Shown in pieces: positions 45,188-54,394 of a stretch of DNA of 64,000 nt. Origin of the DNA: Candidatus Omnitrophota bacterium (lineage in GTDB: Bacteria; Omnitrophota; Gorgyraeia; Gygaellales; JAMWDD01); NCBI GenBank assembly GCA_028717645.1, contig JAQUNK010000002.1:12897-76896 (forward strand), in the 5' to 3' direction. How positions within the stretch are numbered: position 1 is the stretch's first letter; the number at the start of each line of letters is the position of its first letter. Below the pieces are notes generated by a model. The model did no database searches. It saw nothing but the letters and a program-made list of their open reading frames with translations, and was not told the origin of the DNA. A program made the position numbers and the translations under genes.

Positions 45188-47530
45188 ATGTCAAACACTT
45201 CCAAGCGTATAACTTTAAGCCTCGCCCTGTTTTTTGTCCTCGCTTCTTTTACTTGTGTTTTAGCCAAGGATGAATCTTCCGCTGCCTCTGAACAAGAAAC
45301 CGCACAGAAGATGGTCACGGCTATCGAAGTAAAAGGCAGCAAATCCATCAGCCCTAATACCGTTACTTCAAAGATCAAAACCAGGATCGGCAGCCCGTAT
45401 CTGGAAAACATTGTCAGCGATGACCTGAAAAGGCTGTATCTTTTGGGCTATTTCAGCGACATCAAAATTGATACCGAAGATTATAAAGGCGGGGTCAAGG
45501 TCATTATCAGCGTGGTCGAGAAGCCGATAATAGGTAAGATAACCTTTGAGGGCATGAAAAAGCTTTATTACCTTAAGCCGGAAAAACTAAAAGAACAGAT
45601 CAAGGCCAAAGAGGGCCAATACTTAGATTACAATACCTTAAAGGACGATGTCGCCACTTTAAAAGGCATATACGAGAAAAAAGGTTTTGCCGACGCTAAG
45701 ATCGATTACCGCATAGACCAAAGCACGGAAACGAACAAGGTCAATGTTGCTTTTGTCGTGGCTGAGGGCGCAAAGGCAAAGGTAAAAAAGATCTACGTCG
45801 AGGGCAACAAGGCATTTTCGGACAGAAGGATACTGAAGTTGATCAAGACCAAGACCGCCTGGCTCTTTAACGCGGGTGTTTTAAAGGATGAGGTGTTCCA
45901 GGAAGACATCGAAAGAGTAAAATCGTTTTACCGCCACGAAGGTTTCAGCGACGTGAAAGTAGATTATACCATCCGCCGCCATCCCACTAAGCCATTTATC
46001 TACATCACCCTTAATATCGAAGAAGGCAAAAGATATTACGTCGGAAATGTTTCCATAGAAGGTAACCGCGACCTGACCGAAAAACAGATAAGAGATAAAC
46101 TGGCGGTGGTTATTCCCGGCAAGGTGTTCAGCAACGACGGCCTGCAGGAAGATGAGAATAATATCCTTTCTCTTTACTTCGATAAAGGCTATATTATGGC
46201 GCGGGTTTCTAGTACTTCTGCATTGAACCCTGAGACGAATAAAATAGATATCGCCTATAATATTACAGAGAATGAAATTTCTTATGTGGACAAAATAAAG
46301 ATCAGGGGCAATATAAAGACCAAAGACGTCGTCATCCGGCGCGAATTGAAGATACTTCCCGGCGAGAGATTCGATGGAGATAAGTTAAGGCGCAGTAAAG
46401 AGCGGCTTACCAACCTTGGTTTCTTCGAAGATGTCGGCTATGAGACCGAGGCCACATCTGTGCCCAATAAAAGGAATTTGATCGTCGATGTAAAAGAAAC
46501 AAAAACCGGTTCTTTTTCCTTCGGCGGCGGTTATAGCACCGTGGATAAGATCTTGGGGTTCGTGGAAGTGGAGCAGAAGAATTTTGACTGGAAGAATTTT
46601 CCGTATTTTACCGGCGCGGGCCAGGACCTGAAACTACGCGCGCAGTTGGGTAGTATCAGCAGTGATTACAGCCTGAGCTTTACCGAACCCTGGTTGTTCG
46701 ATTACCCGGTTTCTTTCGGTTTTGATGCTTATAAAGAGACGCATGACCGTGACGAAGGTGTAGGTTATGGTTATAAGCAGGATGTTTCCGGAGGGGATCT
46801 TCGCCTCGGCAGGGCCCTTACCGACCATGTCAGGGCCGATATAATGTACAAATATGATGTGATCAAGATCAGTGACATCGATGTGAATGCTACGCAGGAC
46901 CTGCAGAAAGAACAGGGCCAGAATACCATTAGTAGTATTACTTTTGGCATGGGCTTTGATAGCCGGAACAATATTTTTGCCCCGACCAGAGGAAATCTCT
47001 TAACCGGTTCTGTTCAGGGCGCAGGCTTGGGCGGAGACAAGGATTTCTATAAATTTTTTGGTATGGCCAGCCACTTTTTCCCCCTGGTGAATAATTCAGC
47101 CTTGGAATTAAGGCTAAGGGCGGGCTTATCCGCTGCCTACGGCAAGAGCGACGATGTGCCTATTTATGAAAGGTTCTTTGCCGGCGGCGGTACTACGATC
47201 AGAGGTTATGATGAACGCAGCATCGGCCCTATGGATCCGATAACACAGGATAGGCTCGGAGGCGACGCGATGCTTATCGGTAACGTAGAATATATTTATC
47301 CCATATTTGATTTCTTAAAAGGCGTGGTTTTCTATGATACAGGTAATGTTTGGGCCAAGAAAAATGATTTTGGCAAAGGTAGGCTATTTTCCAGCGCCGG
47401 CTTCGGCGTACGCCTGAAGACCCCTATCGGCCCCATAGCCCTGGATTACGGTATTCCTTTCGATAAACAGCCCGGTGAAGAGAAAAGGTCCGGCGGTAAA
47501 ATGCATTTTAGCATGAGCCGTAGTTTCTAA
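45188..47530 (+). CDS. bamA: outer membrane protein assembly factor BamA (POTRA repeats plus Omp85 barrel)
   Basis: Signal peptide, five POTRA-like modules, a C-terminal barrel and terminal …HFSMSRSF. Confidence 0.85.
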   Translation: MSNTSKRITLSLALFFVLASFTCVLAKDESSAASEQETAQKMVTAIEVKGSKSISPNTVTSKIKTRIGSPYLENIVSDDLKRLYLLGYFSDIKIDTEDYKGGVKVIISVVEKPIIGKITFEGMKKLYYLKPEKLKEQIKAKEGQYLDYNTLKDDVATLKGIYEKKGFADAKIDYRIDQSTETNKVNVAFVVAEGAKAKVKKIYVEGNKAFSDRRILKLIKTKTAWLFNAGVLKDEVFQEDIERVKSFYRHEGFSDVKVDYTIRRHPTKPFIYITLNIEEGKRYYVGNVSIEGNRDLTEKQIRDKLAVVIPGKVFSNDGLQEDENNILSLYFDKGYIMARVSSTSALNPETNKIDIAYNITENEISYVDKIKIRGNIKTKDVVIRRELKILPGERFDGDKLRRSKERLTNLGFFEDVGYETEATSVPNKRNLIVDVKETKTGSFSFGGGYSTVDKILGFVEVEQKNFDWKNFPYFTGAGQDLKLRAQLGSISSDYSLSFTEPWLFDYPVSFGFDAYKETHDRDEGVGYGYKQDVSGGDLRLGRALTDHVRADIMYKYDVIKISDIDVNATQDLQKEQGQNTISSITFGMGFDSRNNIFAPTRGNLLTGSVQGAGLGGDKDFYKFFGMASHFFPLVNNSALELRLRAGLSAAYGKSDDVPIYERFFAGGGTTIRGYDERSIGPMDPITQDRLGGDAMLIGNVEYIYPIFDFLKGVVFYDTGNVWAKKNDFGKGRLFSSAGFGVRLKTPIGPIALDYGIPFDKQPGEEKRSGGKMHFSMSRSF

Positions 47531-47558
47531 ACTTTAAGTAAAACAAGGAGGAGGTTTT

Positions 47559-48065
47559 ATGAAAAGAGTATTATTGGTATTGGCTATCGCGTTACTTTTG
47601 GCGTTGCCGGCGAAGATGTGTATGGCGGCAGATAAGGTCGGCCATGTGAATTTAACCAAATTGTTCGATGAATATGGCAAGACCAAAGAGTACGATGCGA
47701 TATTGACCGGTAAAGAAAAGGCTTATGAATCTGAAAGAGAAAAGAAGGTAAACGATATTAAGCAGATCCAGGAAAAATACAATCTTTTAAGCGATAAAGA
47801 AAAGGCCGCGAAAAAGACCGAATTAGAAAATAAGGTAAAGGCCCTTCAGGAATTCGACAATCAAAAGCAAACAGAGTTGCTTAAGGATAGAGATGAAAGG
47901 GTCAAGGAAATATTAAAAGATATTGAAAACGCCGTGAAGCAGTATTCTCTTTCACAAGGGTATACCCTGATCCTTAATGACCGTATCCTGGTTTATCAAA
48001 CAGCTGATTCGGATATCACCGAGCAGGTCTTGAAGATACTCAGGGGTGGTTATAAAGGTAAATAA
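47559..48065 (+). CDS. skp: OmpH/Skp periplasmic chaperone
   Basis: Signal peptide; KVGHVNLTKLFDEY…; coiled-coil Lys/Glu-rich body. Confidence 0.75.
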   Translation: MKRVLLVLAIALLLALPAKMCMAADKVGHVNLTKLFDEYGKTKEYDAILTGKEKAYESEREKKVNDIKQIQEKYNLLSDKEKAAKKTELENKVKALQEFDNQKQTELLKDRDERVKEILKDIENAVKQYSLSQGYTLILNDRILVYQTADSDITEQVLKILRGGYKGK

Positions 48066-48069
48066 AGCA

Positions 48070-49107
48070 ATGCGCATGACCTTAAAAGAAATAGCCGAGT
48101 TGGTTGGTGGCGAGGTCGTGGGCGATGCAGGTACGGAAATTAACGGTGTAAGCGGAATAAAAGAGGCCAAGAAAGGTGATATTACTTTCTTGGCCAATTC
48201 TAAATATTCCCCTCTTCTGGACGAGACCCAGGCATCTGCGGTCATCGTTTCTAAAGAAGTTCGATCCTGCCCCCGGCCATTGGTCCGCACGGACAATCCG
48301 TCTTTGTCTTTTGCCAAGGTGGTCGCCTTATTCTCACCATCCCAGGTCAAGCATCCCCAGGGTATACATCCCAGCGTTGTATTAGGTAAGGATGTTAAGC
48401 TGGGTAAGGGTGTTTCCTTGGGTGCCTATACGGTGGTAGAAGAAGGGGTATCCGTCGGTGACAACACGACCATTTACCCAAGTTGTTATATCGGCCATAA
48501 TGCAAAGATCGGTAAGGATACGCTGATTTATCCGCATGTCAGCGTCAGGGAAGCGGTAGATATCGGCAGCCGTGTTGTGATACACAGCGGCTCGGTGATC
48601 GGCTCCGACGGATTTGGTTTTGCGAGTGTTCAGGGCCTGCATCAGCGCATTCCGCAGATAGGCATCGTCGTTATCGAAGATGATGTAGAGATAGGCGCAA
48701 ATGTAACCATTGACCGGGCGAGATTCGAAAAAACGGTCATCGGCAAAGGTACAAAAATAGATAACCTGGTGCAAATAGCGCACAATGTTGTGGTCGGTGA
48801 AAACTCTATTATCGTGGCCCAGGCAGGTATTTCCGGCAGTACCGTAATCGGTAAAAATGTCATCCTTGCCGGGCAATCGGGACTGGTTGGGCACATTACG
48901 CTGGGAGATAACGTCGTAGTCATGGCGCAGTCGGGAGTGAGCAAATCCATCCCGGCCAATACCTACGTTTGGGGTTATCCGGCGAAAGAACAAAGCCAGG
49001 CCAAAAAAGTCAATGCCTGCGTACAGAGGCTACCGCACCTTTATGAGATAGTCGAGGGATTGAAGAAGAAAATCCAGGCCCTCGAGGAACAGCTGAAGAA
49101 AAAATAA
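48070..49107 (+). CDS. lpxD: UDP-3-O-acylglucosamine N-acyltransferase
   Basis: N-terminal LKEIAELVGGEV…, a His in a hexapeptide-repeat LbH domain, and a C-terminal helix. The ORF track starts at 48046 inside skp, so the ATG at 48070 is preferred. Confidence 0.8.
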   Translation: MRMTLKEIAELVGGEVVGDAGTEINGVSGIKEAKKGDITFLANSKYSPLLDETQASAVIVSKEVRSCPRPLVRTDNPSLSFAKVVALFSPSQVKHPQGIHPSVVLGKDVKLGKGVSLGAYTVVEEGVSVGDNTTIYPSCYIGHNAKIGKDTLIYPHVSVREAVDIGSRVVIHSGSVIGSDGFGFASVQGLHQRIPQIGIVVIEDDVEIGANVTIDRARFEKTVIGKGTKIDNLVQIAHNVVVGENSIIVAQAGISGSTVIGKNVILAGQSGLVGHITLGDNVVVMAQSGVSKSIPANTYVWGYPAKEQSQAKKVNACVQRLPHLYEIVEGLKKKIQALEEQLKKK

Positions 49108-50423
49108 TGGATAATCAAAAAACAATCGCGAAGTCTGTAAAATTAAGCGGGGTAGGCTTGCATACCGCGAATAAGGTAAGCATTACCTTTAAGCCTGCAG
49201 GCGTCGATGAGGGTATAAATTTTATCCGCATAGACCTGCCTGGTAAACCCGTGATCAAGGCGGACGCCGAGCATTTAGTTTCGCTTCTGCACGGCTATCG
49301 GCGTACTTCCATAGGAAAAGACAATGCCGAGATCCATACCATCGAGCATCTTATGTCGGCGCTGGCTGGGGTGGGGATAGATAATTTAAATATCGAAATA
49401 GACAATAACGAGATCCCCGGCATGGATGGTTCGGCGCGGGACTTCGTAAAGGCGATAAAAGAGGCGGGCATAGTTGAACAAACTAAGCCTAAGAACTATT
49501 TTCTCGTCAGAGAATCGGCCGTCATAGAAGATAACGGCGCCTGTATCATGGTTACGCCTGCGCCGGAGTTACGTATTTCCTATACCTTAAGTTATGACCA
49601 CCCTCTCTTAAAGGCACAATACTTGGATATTTTTCCCGACCGCGAGCGTTTCGAACAGGAGTTGGGCCCCGCTCGCACATTCTGCCTGGAGGATGAAGCA
49701 AAGAATTTACAAAATAAAGGCCTTGGCCTGGGGGCCAATTATGAAAATACCCTGGTCATGGGCAAAGACGGCGTAGTTAATAACAAACTGCGTTTTGGCG
49801 ATGAATTCGTCCGGCATAAGGTTTTGGACCTGATGGGCGACCTTTATCTTTTGGGTATGCCTATTAAGGGCCACATCATCGCCGTAAAAAGCGGGCACGC
49901 GCTCAATCTTAAACTTTTATCTAAACTGAAGCAGCAAAAAGACAAACAGTCCCTGGGCGGGATAAAATTGAATTATAATTCTGAATTCGGCCAAGAGTTC
50001 GGCGCCTCGACGATTATGAAGATACTGCCGCATCGGCCGCCGTTTCTTTTTGTGGACAGGGTCTTATCTTTGGAGCAGGGCAAACGTATTACCGCCGTAA
50101 AAAACGTGACCATCAATGATTATTTCTTCGTCGGGCATTTTCCGGGAAAGCCGATCATGCCCGGGGTGATCATGATCGAGGCCATGGCGCAGGCAGGCGG
50201 CATCATGATGCTTTCCGGCCCGGAGAACCGCGGTAAATTAGCCTATTTTCTGGCGGCAAATAACGTAAAATTCAGGAAAACAGTTGTTCCCGGAGACCAG
50301 CTTGTTTTAGAAGTAGAGGTATTGAAATTCAAATCCAAGACCGGGCTTGTTTCTGGCCGCGCATTGGTAGACGGTAAAGTAGCAGTAGAGGCAGAATTAA
50401 TGTTCGCGTTAGTCGAGGAATAA
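49107..50423 (+). CDS. lpxC-fabZ: bifunctional UDP-3-O-acyl-GlcNAc deacetylase / 3-hydroxyacyl-ACP dehydratase (fused LpxC-FabZ)
   Basis: The first ~280 aa are LpxC (…HTIEHLMSAL…HKVLDLMGDL). The C-terminus is a FabZ hotdog (LPHRPPFLFVDRV…GHFPGKPIMPGV). Confidence 0.8.
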   Translation: MDNQKTIAKSVKLSGVGLHTANKVSITFKPAGVDEGINFIRIDLPGKPVIKADAEHLVSLLHGYRRTSIGKDNAEIHTIEHLMSALAGVGIDNLNIEIDNNEIPGMDGSARDFVKAIKEAGIVEQTKPKNYFLVRESAVIEDNGACIMVTPAPELRISYTLSYDHPLLKAQYLDIFPDRERFEQELGPARTFCLEDEAKNLQNKGLGLGANYENTLVMGKDGVVNNKLRFGDEFVRHKVLDLMGDLYLLGMPIKGHIIAVKSGHALNLKLLSKLKQQKDKQSLGGIKLNYNSEFGQEFGASTIMKILPHRPPFLFVDRVLSLEQGKRITAVKNVTINDYFFVGHFPGKPIMPGVIMIEAMAQAGGIMMLSGPENRGKLAYFLAANNVKFRKTVVPGDQLVLEVEVLKFKSKTGLVSGRALVDGKVAVEAELMFALVEE

Positions 50424-51194
50424 ATGGCGCATATACACTCGCAGGCGATCTGTTCGAAGTCGGCCCGTCTGGCAGACGATGTAGAAGTCGGCCCGTATAC
50501 CGTGATTGGCGATAATGTGAGTATCGCCGGGGGCACACAGATCGGGGCTTTTTGTGTTATCGACGGCCATACCGCTATCGGCAAGAATTGCCGGATATTC
50601 ACCGGCGCGGTAGTGGGCAGCGTCCCGCAGGACTTAAAATACAAGGGCGAGATTTCTTATTTAGAAGTAGGCGACGGAAATATTATCCGCGAATACTGCA
50701 CCTTGAATGTCGGCACGGGTGAGGGCGGGAAGACAACAGTCGGAAACAATAATCTGATCATGGCTTATTCGCATGTGGCCCATGATTGTGTAGTCGGTAA
50801 CGACTGTATTATCGCCAATGGCGGCACACTCGCCGGGCACGTAACCATAGAAGATAAGGCGGTAGTCGGCGGCCTCGTCGCTATCCACCAATTTACCCGC
50901 ATAGGAAAACTTTCTATTATCGGAGGTTGTTCCAAGGTTGTGCAGGATGTCCCGCCGTTTTCTACTTCCGACGGGCATCCCACGAGAACCTACGGCCTGA
51001 ATCTGGTAGGCCTGCGGCGCGCGGGCCTTGGCGCAGAAACAATTTCCAACCTGAAACACGCCTTTAAACTGCTGTTCAATTCGGAATTGGCTATTTCTCA
51101 CGCCGTTGAAAAAATTCTCGCTGAAGTTCCTGCGGGCGATGAGATTTCTTACTTGATAAATTTTATTAAAAATTCAAAAAGAGGCATTTGTTAG
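50424..51194 (+). CDS. lpxA: acyl-ACP--UDP-GlcNAc O-acyltransferase
   Basis: IHSQAI…; LbH repeats; the conserved H in …YSHVAHDC. Confidence 0.85.
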   Translation: MAHIHSQAICSKSARLADDVEVGPYTVIGDNVSIAGGTQIGAFCVIDGHTAIGKNCRIFTGAVVGSVPQDLKYKGEISYLEVGDGNIIREYCTLNVGTGEGGKTTVGNNNLIMAYSHVAHDCVVGNDCIIANGGTLAGHVTIEDKAVVGGLVAIHQFTRIGKLSIIGGCSKVVQDVPPFSTSDGHPTRTYGLNLVGLRRAGLGAETISNLKHAFKLLFNSELAISHAVEKILAEVPAGDEISYLINFIKNSKRGIC

Positions 51195-51203
51195 CCAAAG
51201 ATT

Positions 51204-52007
51204 ATGCAGAAAATTGGTTTGATTGCCGGTAGGGGGAGTTTTCCTTTGCTTTTTAGCCGAGAGGCCAAAAAGCAGGGCCATGTGGTTATCGCTGTGGCGG
51301 TAAGGGGCGAGACTAGCTTCAGGTTAAGCAGTATAGTAGATAAAATATTCTGGATAAAGGTCTGGGAATTTAAAAAGATATTCGAGATATTTAAAAAAGA
51401 GGGCCTGGAAGAGATCGCCATGGCCGGCCAGATACATCCTAAGCATTTGTTTAATAAGCGGGTTATTGAGAACGAAAATTTCGCGCGCATTTTAAGTAAG
51501 ATAAAAGATAAAAAAGCGGATACCATTTTTGGTGCGGTGGCGCAGGAATTAGAATCAGCGGGACTTAAACTTGTGGACTCTACCAAGTTCCTGAAAGAAT
51601 ATTTGCCCAAAAAGGGCGTTTTGACCAGGCACCAGCCTACTTTTAAACAATGGGAAGATATCTATTTCGGCATGGAGGCAGCAAAATATATTGCCGCTTT
51701 TGACATCGGGCAGACCGTAGTGGTAAAAGATAAGGCAGTGGTGGCTGTAGAAGCCCTAGAAGGCACCGATGCAACTATTCGCCGGGGTGGCATGATTAGC
51801 CGGGGCGGGGCAGTGGTGGTCAAGGTCAGTAAGCCCAAACAGGATATGCGCTTCGATATCCCGGTAGTAGGGCTAAGGACGATCAAGACGCTTATTCGCT
51901 CAAAAGCCTTTTGTTTGGCTATCGAGGCCGAAAAAACCCTGTTTTTAGACAGAGATATAACTTTAAGATTTGCAAATAGTAACGATATTTGTATCGTCAG
52001 CGTATAA
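51204..52007 (+). CDS. lpxI: UDP-2,3-diacylglucosamine hydrolase, LpxI (DUF1009) family
   Basis: KIGLIAGRGSFPL…EIAMAGQIH matches the LpxI N-terminal pattern. It sits in the lpxA-downstream position where lpxH would otherwise be. Confidence 0.65.
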   Translation: MQKIGLIAGRGSFPLLFSREAKKQGHVVIAVAVRGETSFRLSSIVDKIFWIKVWEFKKIFEIFKKEGLEEIAMAGQIHPKHLFNKRVIENENFARILSKIKDKKADTIFGAVAQELESAGLKLVDSTKFLKEYLPKKGVLTRHQPTFKQWEDIYFGMEAAKYIAAFDIGQTVVVKDKAVVAVEALEGTDATIRRGGMISRGGAVVVKVSKPKQDMRFDIPVVGLRTIKTLIRSKAFCLAIEAEKTLFLDRDITLRFANSNDICIVSV

Positions 52008-52099
52008 TCCCGCCCTTTTGATCGACAATTGCAGTATAAATAACCCAAAAGGGCGGGATAAATTCGGACAAATGACTTACGTTCGCTTCGCTCCGTAAG
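52007..52099. repeat. composite intergenic hairpins: ATCCCGCCCTTTTG-N24-CAAAAGGGCGGGAT (14-bp arms) followed by CTTACG-N12-CGTAAG
   Basis: It shares the CCCAAAAGGGCGGGAT core and the TTACG/CGTAA hairpin architecture with 15645-15760. It also acts as a terminator-like structure after lpxI. Confidence 0.5.
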
Positions 52100-52120
52100 C
52101 CATGTCCTCATTTATTTTCC

Positions 52121-52149
52121 TTGACAGCCCTTTGTTTTTTGTGTAAACT
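52121..52149 (+). promoter_or_regulatory. sigma70-like promoter TTGACA-17-TAAACT for the CBM48 gene
   Basis: Hexamers read directly. An SD (AAAGGAGG) precedes the ATG at 52182. Confidence 0.5.
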
Positions 52150-52181
52150 TAACTTTACCAAAGCAAAAAGGAGGCGGGAAA

Positions 52182-52445
52182 ATGGCCAATAAAAAAAGTA
52201 TGGAATTTAAGCTTTTTGCGCCAAATGCCAAGACCGTTTATTTGGCTGGGGACTTCAATAACTGGAATACCAGTAATATGAAGATGAAGAAAGATGGCAA
52301 GGGCCTGTGGAAGATAAAGACAGACCTGACCATGGGAAATCACGAATACAAATTTATCGTTGACGGCAATTGGTGGAATGACCCTGCTTGCAAGAATTGG
52401 GTAGCCAATTCGGTCGGATCTCAGAATTGCTTGGTAAAGGTGTAA
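52182..52445 (+). CDS. stand-alone CBM48 / glycogen-binding (AMPK-beta-like, E-set) domain protein, 87 aa
   Basis: FKLFAPNAKTVYLAGDFNNWN…GNHEYKFIVDGNWWNDP is the CBM48 signature. Confidence 0.65.
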   Translation: MANKKSMEFKLFAPNAKTVYLAGDFNNWNTSNMKMKKDGKGLWKIKTDLTMGNHEYKFIVDGNWWNDPACKNWVANSVGSQNCLVKV

Positions 52446-52477
52446 TCAGCCGTTTTTACGTTTCAGGTTAATGATTC

Positions 52478-52510
52478 AAAAAGGGATAGTTAAGCTATCC
52501 CTTTTTCTTT
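52478..52510 (+). terminator. rho-independent terminator (AAAGGGATAG-TTAAG-CTATCCCTTT plus T-run)
   Basis: Perfect 10-bp stem. Confidence 0.65.
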
Positions 52511-52589
52511 ATCCCGCGCCTTTTTAATCCCAGGTTTTTAAAAACAATACATTTGAATAGATAAAAGGTGCGGGATTTGTGGGAGTATT

Positions 52590-53303
52590 ATGAAGTATCT
52601 TTATGGGCCTTTGACCTCACGGCGAATGGGCGTATCTTTAGGCGTGAGCCTCGTCCCGCACAAAACCTGCGATTTTGATTGCGTGTATTGCCAGTTGGGC
52701 GAGACGCGCGTTAAAACCAAGCTGCGCAAAGAATATTTTGATCAAGAGGAATTACTGTCTGAAATAAAGACCTGGTTTAAAAATAATCCGGAAGTAAAGA
52801 TCGACTACATTACTCTTTCCGGGTCTGGGGAACCTACGTTGGATCTGAAGATCGGCGAGGTCATCCAGGAAATAAAAAATATCGTTTCCGTACCGGTCGC
52901 GGTAATTACCAACAGTTCGTTCCTCACCGAACCCGAGGTGCGTAAGGGCCTTGAGTCCGCTGATCTGGTCGTGCCGTCGCTGGATGCTGCGAGCCAGGAT
53001 ATATTCAACAAAATAGACCGGCCTGAAGAGGGGCTCAGGGTTGATCAGATCATTGAAGCACTTGTTGAATTCCGCAAAGCTTATCGGGGTAAGATCTGGC
53101 TGGAAGTAATGCTGGTCAAGGGGATAAACGATGACTTAGACCACATCCGGAAACTGAATGAAGCTATCGCGCGGATCGACCCGGATAAGATCCAATTGAA
53201 TACGCCGGTGCGCCACACCGCGTTAGCGGGTATAAAGCCTCCGGACAAGCGGAAATTAAATAAGGTAAAAGAAATTTTAGGGCCGAAGTGCGAGATTCTT
53301 TAG
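52590..53303 (+). CDS. small radical SAM domain protein (COG0731-like)
   Basis: YGPLTSRRMGVSLGVSLVPHKTCDFDCVYCQ contains the CxxxCxxC cluster motif; 237 aa. Confidence 0.65.
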   Translation: MKYLYGPLTSRRMGVSLGVSLVPHKTCDFDCVYCQLGETRVKTKLRKEYFDQEELLSEIKTWFKNNPEVKIDYITLSGSGEPTLDLKIGEVIQEIKNIVSVPVAVITNSSFLTEPEVRKGLESADLVVPSLDAASQDIFNKIDRPEEGLRVDQIIEALVEFRKAYRGKIWLEVMLVKGINDDLDHIRKLNEAIARIDPDKIQLNTPVRHTALAGIKPPDKRKLNKVKEILGPKCEIL

Positions 53304-53307
53304 GCTT

Positions 53308-53378
53308 ACGCCTGTAGCTCAATTTCAGCCATAGGCTGATCCGCCTTCGGCGGAGGATAAAGCGCTAATTTTAGCGGT
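53308..53378 (+). pseudogene. decayed partial duplicate of the 5' half of tRNA-Arg (tRNA remnant)
   Basis: CGCCTGTAGCTCAATT (53309-53324) is identical to tRNA-Arg positions 2-17, and GCCTTCGG of the anticodon arm is retained. No T-arm is present. Three small hairpins follow. Confidence 0.3.
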
Positions 53379-53380
53379 GT

Positions 53381-53454
53381 GCGCCTGTAGCTCAATTGGA
53401 TAGAGCGCTAGCCTTCGGAGCTAGGCGTTGCAGGTTCAAGTCCTGCCAGGCGCG
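53381..53454 (+). tRNA. tRNA-Arg (anticodon UCG)
   Basis: Manual fold: acceptor GCGCCTG/CAGGCGC, D-arm GCTC-AATTGGATA-GAGC, anticodon stem CTAGC/GCTAG with loop CTTCGGA, T-arm GCAGG-TTCAAGT-CCTGC; 74 nt. Confidence 0.8.
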
Positions 53455-53469
53455 TTAAAAGGAGATACG

Positions 53470-53793
53470 ATGGTAACCTTTGAGGAATTTAAGAAGCTGG
53501 AGATAAAAGTTGCTAAAATTAAAGACGTGCAGGAACATCCCAACGCCGATAAGCTTTATGTGCTGACCATTGACTTGGGCGAGGCCACCAAGCAGATCGT
53601 CGCCGGCATCCGGTTAAGTTACCCGGATAAGTCAACGCTCATCGGTAAACAGATCGCCGTGGTAAATAATTTAGAGCCGGCGATACTGCGGGGCATCGAA
53701 AGCCAGGCCATGCTTCTGGCGGCCAGCGACGAGAACGGGATCTCACTGCTCATACCGGAAAAAGAAGTCAAAACAGGGAGCGTCATAAAATAG
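53470..53793 (+). CDS. csaA: tRNA-binding domain protein (CsaA/Trbp111/EMAP-II-like OB fold)
   Basis: …EIKVAKIKDVQEHPNADKLYVLTIDLGE…QIVAGIR matches the CsaA/MetRS-C pattern. The ORF track start (53428) overlaps the tRNA, so the ATG at 53470 with AGGAG 6 nt upstream is preferred. Confidence 0.65.
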   Translation: MVTFEEFKKLEIKVAKIKDVQEHPNADKLYVLTIDLGEATKQIVAGIRLSYPDKSTLIGKQIAVVNNLEPAILRGIESQAMLLAASDENGISLLIPEKEVKTGSVIK

Positions 53794-53827
53794 CGCCTAA
53801 CCATAAAAACTTACCCGATTTTTAGTC

Positions 53828-53856
53828 TTGCTAAATCCCCCCAAAAATGATATTAT
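53828..53856 (+). promoter_or_regulatory. sigma70-like promoter TTGCTA-17-TATTAT for tRNA-Lys
   Basis: Hexamers read directly; the tRNA 5' end is about 18 nt downstream. Confidence 0.45.
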
Positions 53857-53873
53857 AATTTAACTTTAGATTC

Positions 53874-53949
53874 GGGCCATTAGCTCAATTGGCAGAGCAG
53901 GACACTCTTAATGTCAAGGTCGTAGGTTCGACTCCTACATGGCCCACCA
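53874..53949 (+). tRNA. tRNA-Lys (anticodon CUU), CCA encoded
   Basis: Manual fold: acceptor GGGCCAT/ATGGCCC, D-arm GCTC-AATTGGCA-GAGC, anticodon loop CTCTTAA, T-arm GTAGG-TTCGACT-CCTAC, then ACCA. A hairpin ACTTTTG-CTTTA-ACAAAAGT follows. Confidence 0.8.
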
Positions 53950-53977
53950 CTTTTGCTTTAACAAAAGTGAGCATTGG

Positions 53978-54394
53978 GTGAAAAAATACGAACTTATCGA
54001 ACATACCGCGGATCTGGGCATCAGGGTAAAGGGCCGAGACCTCAAGGGCCTATTCCAGAATGTCGCCTCCAGCCTGTTCGAAATTATCGCCCGCAGAGAA
54101 GAGAAAAAACCCTGTAAGAAAAAAGAAATAAAAATAAAACAGAGCGCACAAACCCGGGAAGAACTTCTTGTCAATTGGCTCAACGAATTAATTTCCCTTT
54201 CCGCCACAAAAAACCTGATTTTTTGCGATTTTAAGATAGGACGGATGGACGACAGCAGTTTAGAAGCGGTTGTCCTGGGTGAGCCTGCCCAAGGCTATAG
54301 GCTGAAGACCGAGGTCAAAGCCGCTACTTACCATGAGTTGAAACTCATGCAAAGTAAATCCGGTTGGCAGGCAGAGGTAATATTCGATGTCTGA
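53978..54394 (+). CDS. archease (RtcB activator)
   Basis: YELIEHTADLGIRVKG is the archease N-terminal signature. The ORF track start (53939) overlaps the tRNA, so the start is probably the GTG at 53978. It overlaps rtcB by 8 nt. Confidence 0.7.
   Translation: MKKYELIEHTADLGIRVKGRDLKGLFQNVASSLFEIIARREEKKPCKKKEIKIKQSAQTREELLVNWLNELISLSATKNLIFCDFKIGRMDDSSLEAVVLGEPAQGYRLKTEVKAATYHELKLMQSKSGWQAEVIFDV

Noticed and set aside
53308-53378. Possibility that the sequence just upstream of tRNA-Arg is a second complete tRNA gene.
   Set aside because: Only the first 16 nt and an anticodon-arm fragment match. There is no T-arm (GTTCRANYC) and no acceptor-stem complement, so it is treated as a decayed partial duplicate.
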